16,972 nucleotides of DNA from Tolypothrix carrinoi HA7290-LM1 (lineage in GTDB: Bacteria; Cyanobacteriota; Cyanobacteriia; Cyanobacteriales; Nostocaceae): NCBI GenBank assembly GCA_019358935.1, contig JAHHIK010000145.1:1-16972 (forward strand), given 5' to 3'. Position 1 is the stretch's first letter, and each line of letters begins with the position of its first letter. The notes below the pieces were generated by a model. It made no database searches, had not been told where the DNA came from, and worked only from the letters and a program-made list of their open reading frames with translations. Made by a program: the position numbers and the translations under genes. Positions 1 to 7,360 of the stretch are shown piece by piece.

Positions 1-33
1 GTCGCTGATTATTCTTTCTTGGTTTGGTTTCAT
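1..33 (-). CDS. Possible 5' start of a gene running out of the window (MKPNQERIISD...)
   Basis: ATG at 33 on the minus strand with an open frame to the window edge, downstream of the 93-130 hairpin; only 11 codons visible. Confidence 0.3.
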   Translation of the reverse strand, partial: MKPNQERIISD

Positions 34-92
34 GACAAAGGGTTGATATATTACCTTGGAGTGCGATCGCACTTCACGGCGTCGCACCCATC

Positions 93-130
93 AAAAAGCC
101 GTCCCTACCGCAAAAGGCGGGGACGGCTTT
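93..130 (-). terminator. Rho-independent terminator
   Basis: AAAGCCGTCC (95-104) pairs with GGACGGCTTT (121-130), with an inner CCGC/GCGG stem. On the minus strand it is followed by TTTTT and starts at the stop of the 129-308 ORF. Confidence 0.7.
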
Positions 131-308
131 ATTCGTTTTGTTCAGATTGTTCTTCTAGCTGTTTTTGAAGAGTTTCAAATTCCTGAATCCGAAACTCAAG
201 CTTTTCTGCTTCATCTTCAAGGCGCTTAATCTCAGCTTTTTTTACTGCCACCTGTTCACGTCTTGCTGCCACCTGATCGCGGTAATCCCTTATCAGTTGG
301 CGAACCAT
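129..308 (-). CDS. Small coiled-coil hypothetical protein, 59 aa (MVRQLIRDYRDQVAARREQVAVKKAEIKRLEDEAEKLEFRIQEFETLQKQLEEQSEQNE)
   Basis: Hand translation; below the ORF-track cutoff. E/K/Q-rich heptad pattern, GGGGGA directly upstream, terminator directly downstream. Confidence 0.6.
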   Translation of the reverse strand: MVRQLIRDYRDQVAARREQVAVKKAEIKRLEDEAEKLEFRIQEFETLQKQLEEQSEQNE

Positions 309-474
309 TCCCCCATCATCTGACGTTCCGGAGCTGAAGATACAGCAGATTGCGTGCGATTTGCTCTATAAGTTCGCTCCGACTGATTCCGAGAGATTTC
401 GCTCTCGCATCTAGCATCTCTACTCCTTCCGGAGTGAGTGTAAGTGTAAAATCTTTTTTCCTCTGTCCGTGAAC
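293..474 (-). pseudogene. Ribbon-helix-helix (CopG-like) regulator, 5'-truncated and probably frameshifted
   Basis: An unlisted frame reads VHGQRKKDFTLTLTPEGVEMLDARAKSLGISRSELIEQIAR (beta strand, helix, G-I-S-R-S-E helix). No start codon before the upstream in-frame stop. The probable tail (QSAVSSAPERQMMGEWFAN*) is in another frame. Confidence 0.6.
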
Positions 475-486
475 TAAGGAATAAAT

Positions 487-1004
487 ATGGGAATCTTGGC
501 ACGTATCACCTCTGGCGGCAAGTCCTCCAACAAGAGCAATAACTCTTCAGGGCTTGCTAATGGCGACCACGCCAGCGATAAAAATCGGGTGCTATCCCCG
601 ACAGATCCAACTGTCATTAACCCACTGAACGCGGGAAGCTGGGAAACTGTGAGAACAGCACCAGTCAATGATACACCACGTTATTTCAATAAAACTGAAG
701 CTGACAGCTTGAAAAAGCGGGAGCATCCCAAAAAGCACAAGAGGCGAAACAAGCCAAACGCGCTTACAAGTCACTGAAAAAACTGGAACAATCTGACGCA
801 GAAGTTCACACCGCCCATCGTGGCTACATTCGAGGTGTTGCTGATAGCGAATTGACCAAAAAGCGTTCCGACGTAAAAACAGCCCGCGCCTTGCACACCC
901 AACGTCCCGAATACGCCAAACTCGGTATCGGTTTAGACCGTGCTGACAATTCAGCGCAGCGCCGGATTGAGGAGTTAAAAGCCAAGATCAAGGATAAATA
1001 CTAA
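487..1004 (+). pseudogene. Frameshifted hypothetical protein of a mobile element (about 172 aa if repaired)
   Basis: AAGGA RBS before ATG 487. After about 715-722 another frame continues ASQKAQEAKQAKRAYKSLKKLEQ...IEELKAKIKDKY* and ends in TAATG, coupled to the ATG at 1004. Confidence 0.65.
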
Positions 1005-1276
1005 TGGCAAAGGCGGTACACCTGGGAGCCTGGTTTCTCTGTGGCTGTATCGCCTCTAGCTTTATCGCTTGGCTAGGGGCACTGCATCCTGCTTTATTCC
1101 GGGTGATGTGGGTTGTGTATATTGTTGCAGCTTTCTCGCTGGTGCTAGCACTATTTACCGATGATGCTGTTAGACCGTTTTTCAAGTTATCCGAGCCGGA
1201 TTACTACGCGCTCAGTATGGCGATCGCTGGCTCGTTGCTCCTAGGAGGCATCAAGTCATGGTTGATCGCTGGGTAA
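1004..1276 (+). CDS. Small multi-pass membrane protein, 90 aa
   Basis: Three hydrophobic segments; TAATG coupling upstream; overlaps the next start at 1258, which is preceded by GGAGG. Confidence 0.65.
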   Translation: MAKAVHLGAWFLCGCIASSFIAWLGALHPALFRVMWVVYIVAAFSLVLALFTDDAVRPFFKLSEPDYYALSMAIAGSLLLGGIKSWLIAG

Positions 1277-1798
1277 AATCCAACTGCTTGCTAGCTAGTG
1301 CTCTAGCGTTTTGGTTGGCTGCACTATCTCCCCTGCCAAAAATCGGTAAGGGCATTTCCTACAGTTTGGCTCTAGTTGCGGTGGTGCAACTCATCAACGA
1401 GTCGCGACGGCGCTCTGATCGCTGATGCTCGGCTTGCTGCATTGCAAGCCATGAACCAGGAACTAGAGCAAGTAGAAATCGCGCTGCACACCCAGCAACA
1501 AGAGCAAGCGCTGTATGAAATTTACGGCGCTGCACCAACTTACACAGAGGAAGTCAGAAGCGAGTTAACCAAATCCCTGGAACACTTGTATGCAGAGGAC
1601 AGCGCAAAAAACATAAGCCAAACTTCCACTGACACTTCCCAAAAAATCCTGTATTTAGCGGTGAAAGCTTTGATGGAAACTGGTTGCAACGAGACTTACA
1701 TCATTGAAAAGGTTCTCAAAAAAAGAGGGCGTAATTGGGGCGAGGGTAATAGGATGCTGCAAGAGCTATTGCAGCAGGGGCAACAAAACGAATGGTAA
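1258..1798 (+). pseudogene. Frameshifted membrane-anchored coiled-coil protein
   Basis: ATG 1258 gives MVDRWVKSNCLLASALAFWLAALSPLPKIGKGISYSLALVAVVQLINESRR (two hydrophobic helices). Near 1405-1415 it shifts into the listed 1376-1798 frame (LIADARLAALQAMNQELEQ...QQNEW*). Confidence 0.6.
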
Positions 1799-1831
1799 TT
1801 TTGACGCGATCGCGCGGGCGTGTGTGCAGGC

Positions 1832-1908
1832 GTGCGATCGCGCATATCCGCCTTCTTCTGCAAAGCTACTATTTAAAGAGTTAGTCAAAATGATTTATCT
1901 AGAGTGAA
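1832..1908 (+). repeat. Copy 1 of a diverged 77-bp direct repeat (partner 6357-6433)
   Basis: Ungapped alignment by hand gives 59/77 identity, and 43/49 over the 3' part. Both copies start at a HIP1 site and end CTAGAGTGAA. Confidence 0.85.
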
Positions 1909-2479
1909 TTCCGATTAATTCACCTTGCTCGTTGAGTATAGCGCCACCACTCATACCTCCAAACGTGCGATTATCATAACTGAGGTCATAACCATCACGC
2001 TGGGAACCTTTAGCATCTACCTTGCCATCTTTCATCCTAAAATCAACATTAGGAGTTACTGATGTCTTTGCCGGAAACCCAGCAACGTAAACTACACTAT
2101 TATTTGTCACTTTATCAGAGTCGCCGATCTTCGCCGTCGTGTATTTTTGATTGCTATTAAATTCCACAACTGCTAAATCCAAACTTTGCAGAGGTTTTAT
2201 ATTCTTGATTTGATAACTTTGTTTATCAGGGGTGATAATTTGTTTTTTCCCCTCCTTCACCACATGACCGGCAGTCAAAACCGTATAAACATTGCCGATT
2301 TGCTTGATAATTATCCCCGAACCTGCAAAGCTGGGATTTTGACTGTCAACAATTTGCACCGTAATTTCTCTGCCAATCTTTTCTACCTCTGTTGCAGACA
2401 GTCCTACAGCTACCTGCGATTGTACCAGCACCATCGATACACCAATTAGCACAGGTGAAAGCGCGTGATAATACTTCAT
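1895..2479 (-). pseudogene. Trypsin-like (S1 family) serine protease with signal peptide, apparently 3'-truncated
   Basis: Triad motifs LTAGHVV, DLAVV and GMSGG. The likely start is ATG 2479 (MKYYHAL...) because the longer ORF start lies inside a REP-like element. The frame ends abruptly at IGIH-SR* inside the 77-bp repeat. Confidence 0.8.
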
Positions 2480-2510
2480 CTTATTTACCCAATTTCTGAT
2501 AAAACCTTTT

Positions 2511-2598
2511 GTAGGGTGCGTTAGGCAAAGCCTAACGCACCGCATTAACCATGACGTGCCTAATTATAGCGGTGCGTTACTGCGTTAACGCACCCTAC
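2511..2598. repeat. REPIN-like doublet of palindromic REP sequences
   Basis: Outer inverted repeats GTAGGGTGCGTTA (2511-2523) and TAACGCACCCTAC (2586-2598). Each half is itself a hairpin (GGTGCGTTAGGC-AAA-GCCTAACGCACC; GGTGCGTTA-ctgcgt-TAACGCACC), with a GTAG terminal tetranucleotide. Confidence 0.8.
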
Positions 2599-2616
2599 GA
2601 TTTTGACTATGATTTT

Positions 2617-3147
2617 TCACCGCTCAGGTTGCAGATTATTCAAATACGTATCAAAATCAATATATATTTGAGTATCATCGTTACTTTGATTCTGAATTTG
2701 TCCAGAGGCTAAAGCACGACGATCAAACAGGCTTTGTACAGCAAGTTTGGCATTAGCACCAGGTTTGAGGGTGAATAACACAGTGCTGCTAGTGCAAACA
2801 TCATTTGTACTCACAACAGCACACACAACAGATTGTTTATTCAGCGTTCCAGTGATGATAGTTTTCAAAGTACCATTGTCATAACTTCTCTGAAATCTCC
2901 GCGATACCTGTTGACAGCGTTGTAGAGGTGTCAAAGAAGAATAAGAATAAACCCAGCGAATCATTGGTACATTTCTCCCATCCTCTCGACGCGCAAATGT
3001 TACAGGTACACCTTTGCTTTGAGCGCAAGAGAACTTTCGGTTGCTAGCATAACTAGGCTGAGGTTGTGCTGTTGTGGTAGTCACAAGCATTGCTAAACCA
3101 CAAATTGCAACATGAGTCAACGTCGGACTGAGTAACTTAAATGCCAT
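2617..3147 (-). CDS. COP23 domain-containing secreted protein
   Basis: Signal peptide, then F.C...GVP.T, PMIRW, TPLQRCQQVSRRFQ, G.LN.Q.VVC, LFTLKPG and terminal YIDFD.YL, the motifs of cyanobacterial COP23 proteins. Confidence 0.85.
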   Translation of the reverse strand: MAFKLLSPTLTHVAICGLAMLVTTTTAQPQPSYASNRKFSCAQSKGVPVTFARREDGRNVPMIRWVYSYSSLTPLQRCQQVSRRFQRSYDNGTLKTIITGTLNKQSVVCAVVSTNDVCTSSTVLFTLKPGANAKLAVQSLFDRRALASGQIQNQSNDDTQIYIDFDTYLNNLQPER

Positions 3148-3307
3148 AAAAAAGCCTATATCTTACTTTTATAGGAATATAAGCGATTACACTGATAAAA
3201 AGCACCATTTCGGTACTATACCTAGATATATTGGTATTTCGTAAATATTAGCAACATTAATTGTGTGCGAAAATCGTCATTAAATAAGGTGATAACTTGC
3301 AGGACTT

Positions 3308-4753
3308 ATGGTGACTGTAATGCTGGGTCAAAAGCTTGGTGGACGCTACCAAATTATTCAACATTTGGGAGAAGGAGCATTTGGAGTTACTTTCGTAGCA
3401 GAAGATATGCAACGACCAGGGAATCCTAAATGCGTTGTCAAGCAGTTTCAACCAAAAAACACAGACCCCCACACCTTACGGGAAGCACGACGGCTTTTTG
3501 ACAACGAAGCCAAAATGCTGGAAAAGCTAGGAACTCATGACCAAATCCCGCGTCTTTTGGCTCATATTGAAGAGAATGAAGAATTTTATTTAGTTCAAGA
3601 ATTTATCGAAGGTCACGACCTTAGTCAAGAAGTGATTTTAGGTCAGAAACTGAGTGAAGCTGTAGTAATTAAACTTTTACAAGATATTTTAGAAGTTTTA
3701 GCCTTTGTCCATCAGCACGAAATTATTCACCGAGATATCAAACCATCAAACATCCGACGGCGCCAAGATGGTAAAATTGTCTTGATTGACTTTGGCGCGG
3801 TCAAACAAATCAGTACCCAAATAGTTAATTCTCAAGGTCAAACGAGTTTTACCGTTGCTATTGGTACTCGTGGTTATATGCCAAGCGAACAAGCCAATCG
3901 TCACCCGCAATTAAGCAGCGATGTCTACGCAGTGGGAATGATTGCTATCCAAGCACTTACAGGAATATTCCCAAGCAATTTGCCAAAAGACTCTCAAGGT
4001 GAAGTTGTTTGGCAAAATCAAGCACAAGTAAGTCAACAGTTAGCAGATATTATAGATAAAATGGTGCGCTATGACTTTCGTCAGCGTTACCAATCAGCAT
4101 CTGAAGCATTACAAGCTTTTGGCACAAAAGTACACAATCAAACAACAGTATTTTCTGAGTCTTCAACAGTCAATTCAACTACGCCAACTCAGCTAGAGCG
4201 ATCGCCTGGTAAATTTATGATAGGATTGGCGATCGCAGCAGTACTTGCAATAAGTATTGGAATATGGTATTTATTTCCTGGTTCTAAACCACCAGAAAAT
4301 TTCTTAACTTATGGAAATTCAAGTTTAGGGATAAAAATCAAATATCCGCAAAGCTGGGAAAGACGAGATATAGATAATCTTATCACTAGCGAAGTAGTTG
4401 CATTTGTGTCTCCCAAACAAAGTAATACAGACAAATTCCAAGAAAAACTGACTATCAGCGTTGAAGATTTTTCCGGGACATTAGAGGATTTTAGCGATAC
4501 ATCTACTAAAGACATCACAAGACATTTGGTAAAAGCTGAAATTAAAAAGCCAAGTGACACAACTCTGGCAAATAAATCAGCCTATCAATTAATTTATACT
4601 GGTAAAGATGGGGAAAAGAATTTAAAAAGTATGCAACTTTTTACTTTAAAAGGTGATAAGGCATATGTAATTACTTACACAGCAGCAATTGATAATTACA
4701 ATGACTTTATCCAAACAGCGCAGACAATGATTAAATCATTTGAAATTCAGTAG
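3308..4753 (+). CDS. Hanks-type Ser/Thr protein kinase with one TM helix and a C-terminal PsbP-like extracytoplasmic domain (start may be 3320)
   Basis: LGEGAFG, VVK, HRDIKPSN, DFG, GTRGYMPSE, SDVYAVG. TM segment FMIGLAIAAVLAISIGIWYLF. IKYPQSW...AYVITYTA...MIKSFEI tail typical of PsbP/DcrB-like folds. Confidence 0.92.
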   Translation: MVTVMLGQKLGGRYQIIQHLGEGAFGVTFVAEDMQRPGNPKCVVKQFQPKNTDPHTLREARRLFDNEAKMLEKLGTHDQIPRLLAHIEENEEFYLVQEFIEGHDLSQEVILGQKLSEAVVIKLLQDILEVLAFVHQHEIIHRDIKPSNIRRRQDGKIVLIDFGAVKQISTQIVNSQGQTSFTVAIGTRGYMPSEQANRHPQLSSDVYAVGMIAIQALTGIFPSNLPKDSQGEVVWQNQAQVSQQLADIIDKMVRYDFRQRYQSASEALQAFGTKVHNQTTVFSESSTVNSTTPTQLERSPGKFMIGLAIAAVLAISIGIWYLFPGSKPPENFLTYGNSSLGIKIKYPQSWERRDIDNLITSEVVAFVSPKQSNTDKFQEKLTISVEDFSGTLEDFSDTSTKDITRHLVKAEIKKPSDTTLANKSAYQLIYTGKDGEKNLKSMQLFTLKGDKAYVITYTAAIDNYNDFIQTAQTMIKSFEIQ

Positions 4754-4778
4754 AGACGTTCCGGTGGAACGTCTCTAC
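4750..4778. repeat. REP-like palindrome GTAGAGACGTTCC-GGT-GGAACGTCTCTAC, possibly acting as terminator
   Basis: Perfect 13-bp arms with a 3-nt loop. Its TAG is the kinase stop codon. Near-identical copies lie at 15702 and 15747. Confidence 0.9.
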
Positions 4779-4842
4779 AATAGATGTGAATTGCCGGACA
4801 TGACATAGCATGAAAAAAACGGTTTAACCGCACTATTAAACT

Positions 4843-5050
4843 ATGACGATTATTACCCTAGAATTGTCGCCGGAATTGAAACAAAAACTACGGGAAAGTA
4901 TAGCATGTCGCGACACCCAAAGCATTCAACAATTATTAGAGTATCGCCTTTGCACCAACGGTAGAAGCATTGCTGGAACAAACATCTACTCAATTGAACG
5001 ATAACAACAGCGAAGATGAATTGGAGTTGGAAGAATCCCCACATGAATGA
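4843..5050 (+). pseudogene. Frameshifted antitoxin-like small protein
   Basis: MTIITLELSPELKQKLRESIACRDTQSIQQLLE, then a shift to IAFAPTVEALLEQTSTQLNDNNSEDELELEESPHE*. The N-terminus resembles cyanobacterial antitoxins that precede PIN toxins; no toxin follows. Confidence 0.5.
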
Positions 5051-5278
5051 TAAGGCGATCGCCCATTTACGGCTGCCTTACCCATAATACGGACTTATGA
5101 ATCCCTAGAGCGTTTGTTTGCTTCCGGGAGTAATTGACCTAAATACCCGCCGACGCCAAATGAGCGCGCCCGTCCCCACTCTTCGGGCGGAAGTTATGAT
5201 CTGCGATCGCGGTTCAATTCATCTCCGATTACTAAAATAATTACAATAAAAGAGCGGACAGTTAGCTTGGATAGCATC

Positions 5279-5589
5279 TTAACCTTCATCCAATTTTGGC
5301 TTGTACTTTAGTTCGGCTTTCAGTTCTTTGATTTCCCCAAGAAGCCGCTGCCGATTTCTGGTCAATTTTCTCTTCACTCTTCGTGTATTAAATAATCAAT
5401 TTGTTCAAAGCGTTCGGCATAAGCCGCCATGTGGATACCAAAACTAAGCTCGTTTTCAGCAATCCGATTAATCAGCTTAGTTTGAAATTTTCAATTGCAT
5501 CATAAATTGTCTACTCACTCGAAATACCAGGGTAAGCAACCGCGATCAACGCCGCAACTCCCAAACAGGATATCAAGATTATTTTTCAC
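5279..5589 (-). pseudogene. Heavily degraded small membrane-anchored coiled-coil gene (possible prophage remnant)
   Basis: Fragments in shifting frames: MKNNLDILFG / VAALIAVAY / IYDAIEN / FQTKLINRIAENELSFGIHMAAYAERFEQIDYLIH / LGEIKELKAELKYKPKLDEG*. The phage origin is inference only. Confidence 0.3.
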
Positions 5590-6356
5590 GCTATTAACCC
5601 GCCCCAAATAAGAAATTAAGACCAACAGAGAGCGTTGTTGGCACTAAGAAGCGTTAAATTTCCGTTTGCCACAATTTGTAATTGAGAAGTCCCAGGAAGG
5701 AGTGGGGTTTTACCGATATCCCTCACCAAACGATCCTTGCCTGCGAGATGGATGACGCAGGCTTACTGGAACTTGCGACGGCAGCTGCAACGTATCTCTT
5801 GGAAGATTTGACTACCAATGAAAAAGCGATCGCGTGATATTCAAGCATTCAACTGCGATCGCATTCTTTCAAAGTGTAAAAACGCGAAACTCAGTAACCA
5901 TAATCGGAAAACTGGGTTTCGACCCCAAATAAGAATAAGGAGCAATTCAATAATGTCAGATAAATACGTCGAGCATACAACTAAAGTTTTACGAAGCAGC
6001 CTCATCAGAATTAGTGCTTCTTCCCTTCTGCCTTCAGACAAGCGAACTTCTGCCTTTCAAAGTAAACCAGAAGTTAAAATTCGCAAAGCTCGAAAATCAG
6101 GAAAGCCCACTAAACGCCATCTCTCACTACGCCGGTTTCAAAAATCTCGCGAAGGCTTGCACCGTCATTGTCAGCGTCCGGTGATAAAAGTAAAATCACG
6201 CATAGTGGGTAGTTCTGACTTATGCCGAATTGCTAGAGGCAAGTGGGTTTTTACCCGCATTTTGTGTTAAACGATAGCAGAAAAATAATGAGATCGGGGA
6301 AACACTTGGCGCGATCGTTGGATGCCGAGAAAGCTGCCGGTCGAGGAGTGAGGTTG

Positions 6357-6433
6357 GTGCGATCGCGTATAGAGCGCCAAAGCCGCGAAGTTACTATTTA
6401 ACGAGTTAGTCAAAACGATTTGCCTAGAGTGAA
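6357..6433 (+). repeat. Copy 2 of the diverged 77-bp direct repeat (partner 1832-1908)
   Basis: Translates CDRV*SAKAAKLLFNELVKTICLE*, versus CDRAYPPSSAKLLFKELVKMIYLE* in copy 1. Confidence 0.85.
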
Positions 6434-6514
6434 AATACTGCTACTATGCTTAGTACAGCATTTCATTAATACGAGCGCGAATTAAAGAAAGGCAATAAGA
6501 ATGTAGTGCCAATG

Positions 6515-6583
6515 CAGAGCGACGTTATGTTATATCAGAGCGACGTTATGTTATATCAGAGCGACGTTATGTTATATCAGAGC
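6515..6583 (+). repeat. Perfect tandem repeat, 3 x 21 bp (CAGAGCGACGTTATGTTATAT) plus a 6-bp partial unit
   Basis: Identical units start at 6515, 6536 and 6557, then CAGAGC at 6578. Confidence 0.97.
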
Positions 6584-6584
6584 C

Positions 6585-6653
6585 AAAAGCTAGTTTGGGC
6601 TTCACCCCTAAATGATACTATAGAAGAAATTATCCGGCGTTGCGGGCAAGCGA
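6585..6653 (+). pseudogene. Isolated internal fragment of cbiE (duplicate of 7506-7574)
   Basis: 6585-6634 matches 7506-7555 at 48/50. It translates KLVWASPLNDTIEEIIRRCGQA, versus KLIWASPLNDTIKEIISRRGKS in the intact gene. Confidence 0.9.
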
Positions 6654-6662
6654 GATAATGCA

Positions 6663-6938
6663 ATGACTGCTAGAGAACAATTAATTCAAGAAATTGCCCA
6701 AGCACCAGACTTTTTGGTTGAAGAGGTTTTGGACTTTTTGTTATTTTCTAAGCAAAGACGAGAGCAAAACATTAGTGTCTCTGAACCTACTAGTCCACCT
6801 GAACAAAAGAGTAAACCTATTTGGGAAATATTTGAGGAATTCACGAGCATACTTCCAGAGGAAGTAATTTCTCAGCTACCCGTAGACGGTTCAGCACAAG
6901 TTGATCATTATCTTTACGGTACACCAAAGCAAGAATAA
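6663..6938 (+). CDS. Putative antitoxin (DUF2281-like N-terminus, VapB-like C-terminus)
   Basis: EQLIQEI.Q.PD.L.EEVLDFL.F and KPIWE...LP.DGS.QVDHYLYG.PK; acidic; TAATG-coupled to the PIN gene. Confidence 0.8.
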   Translation: MTAREQLIQEIAQAPDFLVEEVLDFLLFSKQRREQNISVSEPTSPPEQKSKPIWEIFEEFTSILPEEVISQLPVDGSAQVDHYLYGTPKQE

Positions 6939-7348
6939 TGAGAACAATTTTTGCCGATACCTTTTATTGGACTGCTTTACTCAATCCAAGGGATGAATGG
7001 CACATAAGGGTTATCAGTTTCAGCAAAAATCTTATCTCAGTTCGTTTAGTTACAACTGATGAGGTGTTAACTGAGTTTCTTAATTTTTTCTCTGCCTATG
7101 ATATGAAAATGCGGCAAAGCGTTATTGAGAGGATTCAAGATATCCTACAAAATGATTATGTGCAGGTTATCCCCCAAAGTCATGACACTTTCATTGCTGG
7201 CTTAGAACTGTACAGACAACGATTTGATAAACAGTATAGTCTCACAGACTGTATTTCTATGCAAACGATGAAGCAATTAGAAATTACTGAAGTGCTAACT
7301 CATGACAGACACTTTAAGCAGGAAGGCTTCAGCATACTATTTGAATGA
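6938..7348 (+). CDS. vapC: Type II toxin, VapC/PIN-domain ribonuclease
   Basis: IFADTFYW, VLTE, YSLTDCIS and LTHDRHF supply the acidic PIN catalytic residues; 136 aa. Confidence 0.92.
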   Translation: MRTIFADTFYWTALLNPRDEWHIRVISFSKNLISVRLVTTDEVLTEFLNFFSAYDMKMRQSVIERIQDILQNDYVQVIPQSHDTFIAGLELYRQRFDKQYSLTDCISMQTMKQLEITEVLTHDRHFKQEGFSILFE

Positions 7349-7360
7349 ACAGGCAACAAA

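Noticed and set aside
2480..2545. N-terminal extension of the protease ORF (MRCVRLCLTHP...)
   Set aside because: It runs through the REPIN-like element; the signal peptide begins at ATG 2479.
5818..6270. 150-aa basic ORF on the + strand, and the antisense 66-aa ORF
   Set aside because: R/K/S-rich with no motif or RBS. The region looks like decayed DNA and no product can be supported.
6515..6583. 21-bp repeats as a CRISPR array or a true dif site
   Set aside because: There are no spacers between units and no XerC-like arm at the required 6-bp spacing.
6579..6589. 11-nt match (AGAGCCAAAAG) between the CRISPR spacer and the region upstream of vapBC, suggesting CreA-like promoter targeting
   Set aside because: The match is in the middle of the spacer rather than the seed, the flanks do not pair, and about 0.2 such matches are expected by chance in a window this size.
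6440..7360. Cobalamin riboswitch upstream of cbiET
   Set aside because: No B12-box-like motifs were seen, and the space is occupied by repeats and vapBC.
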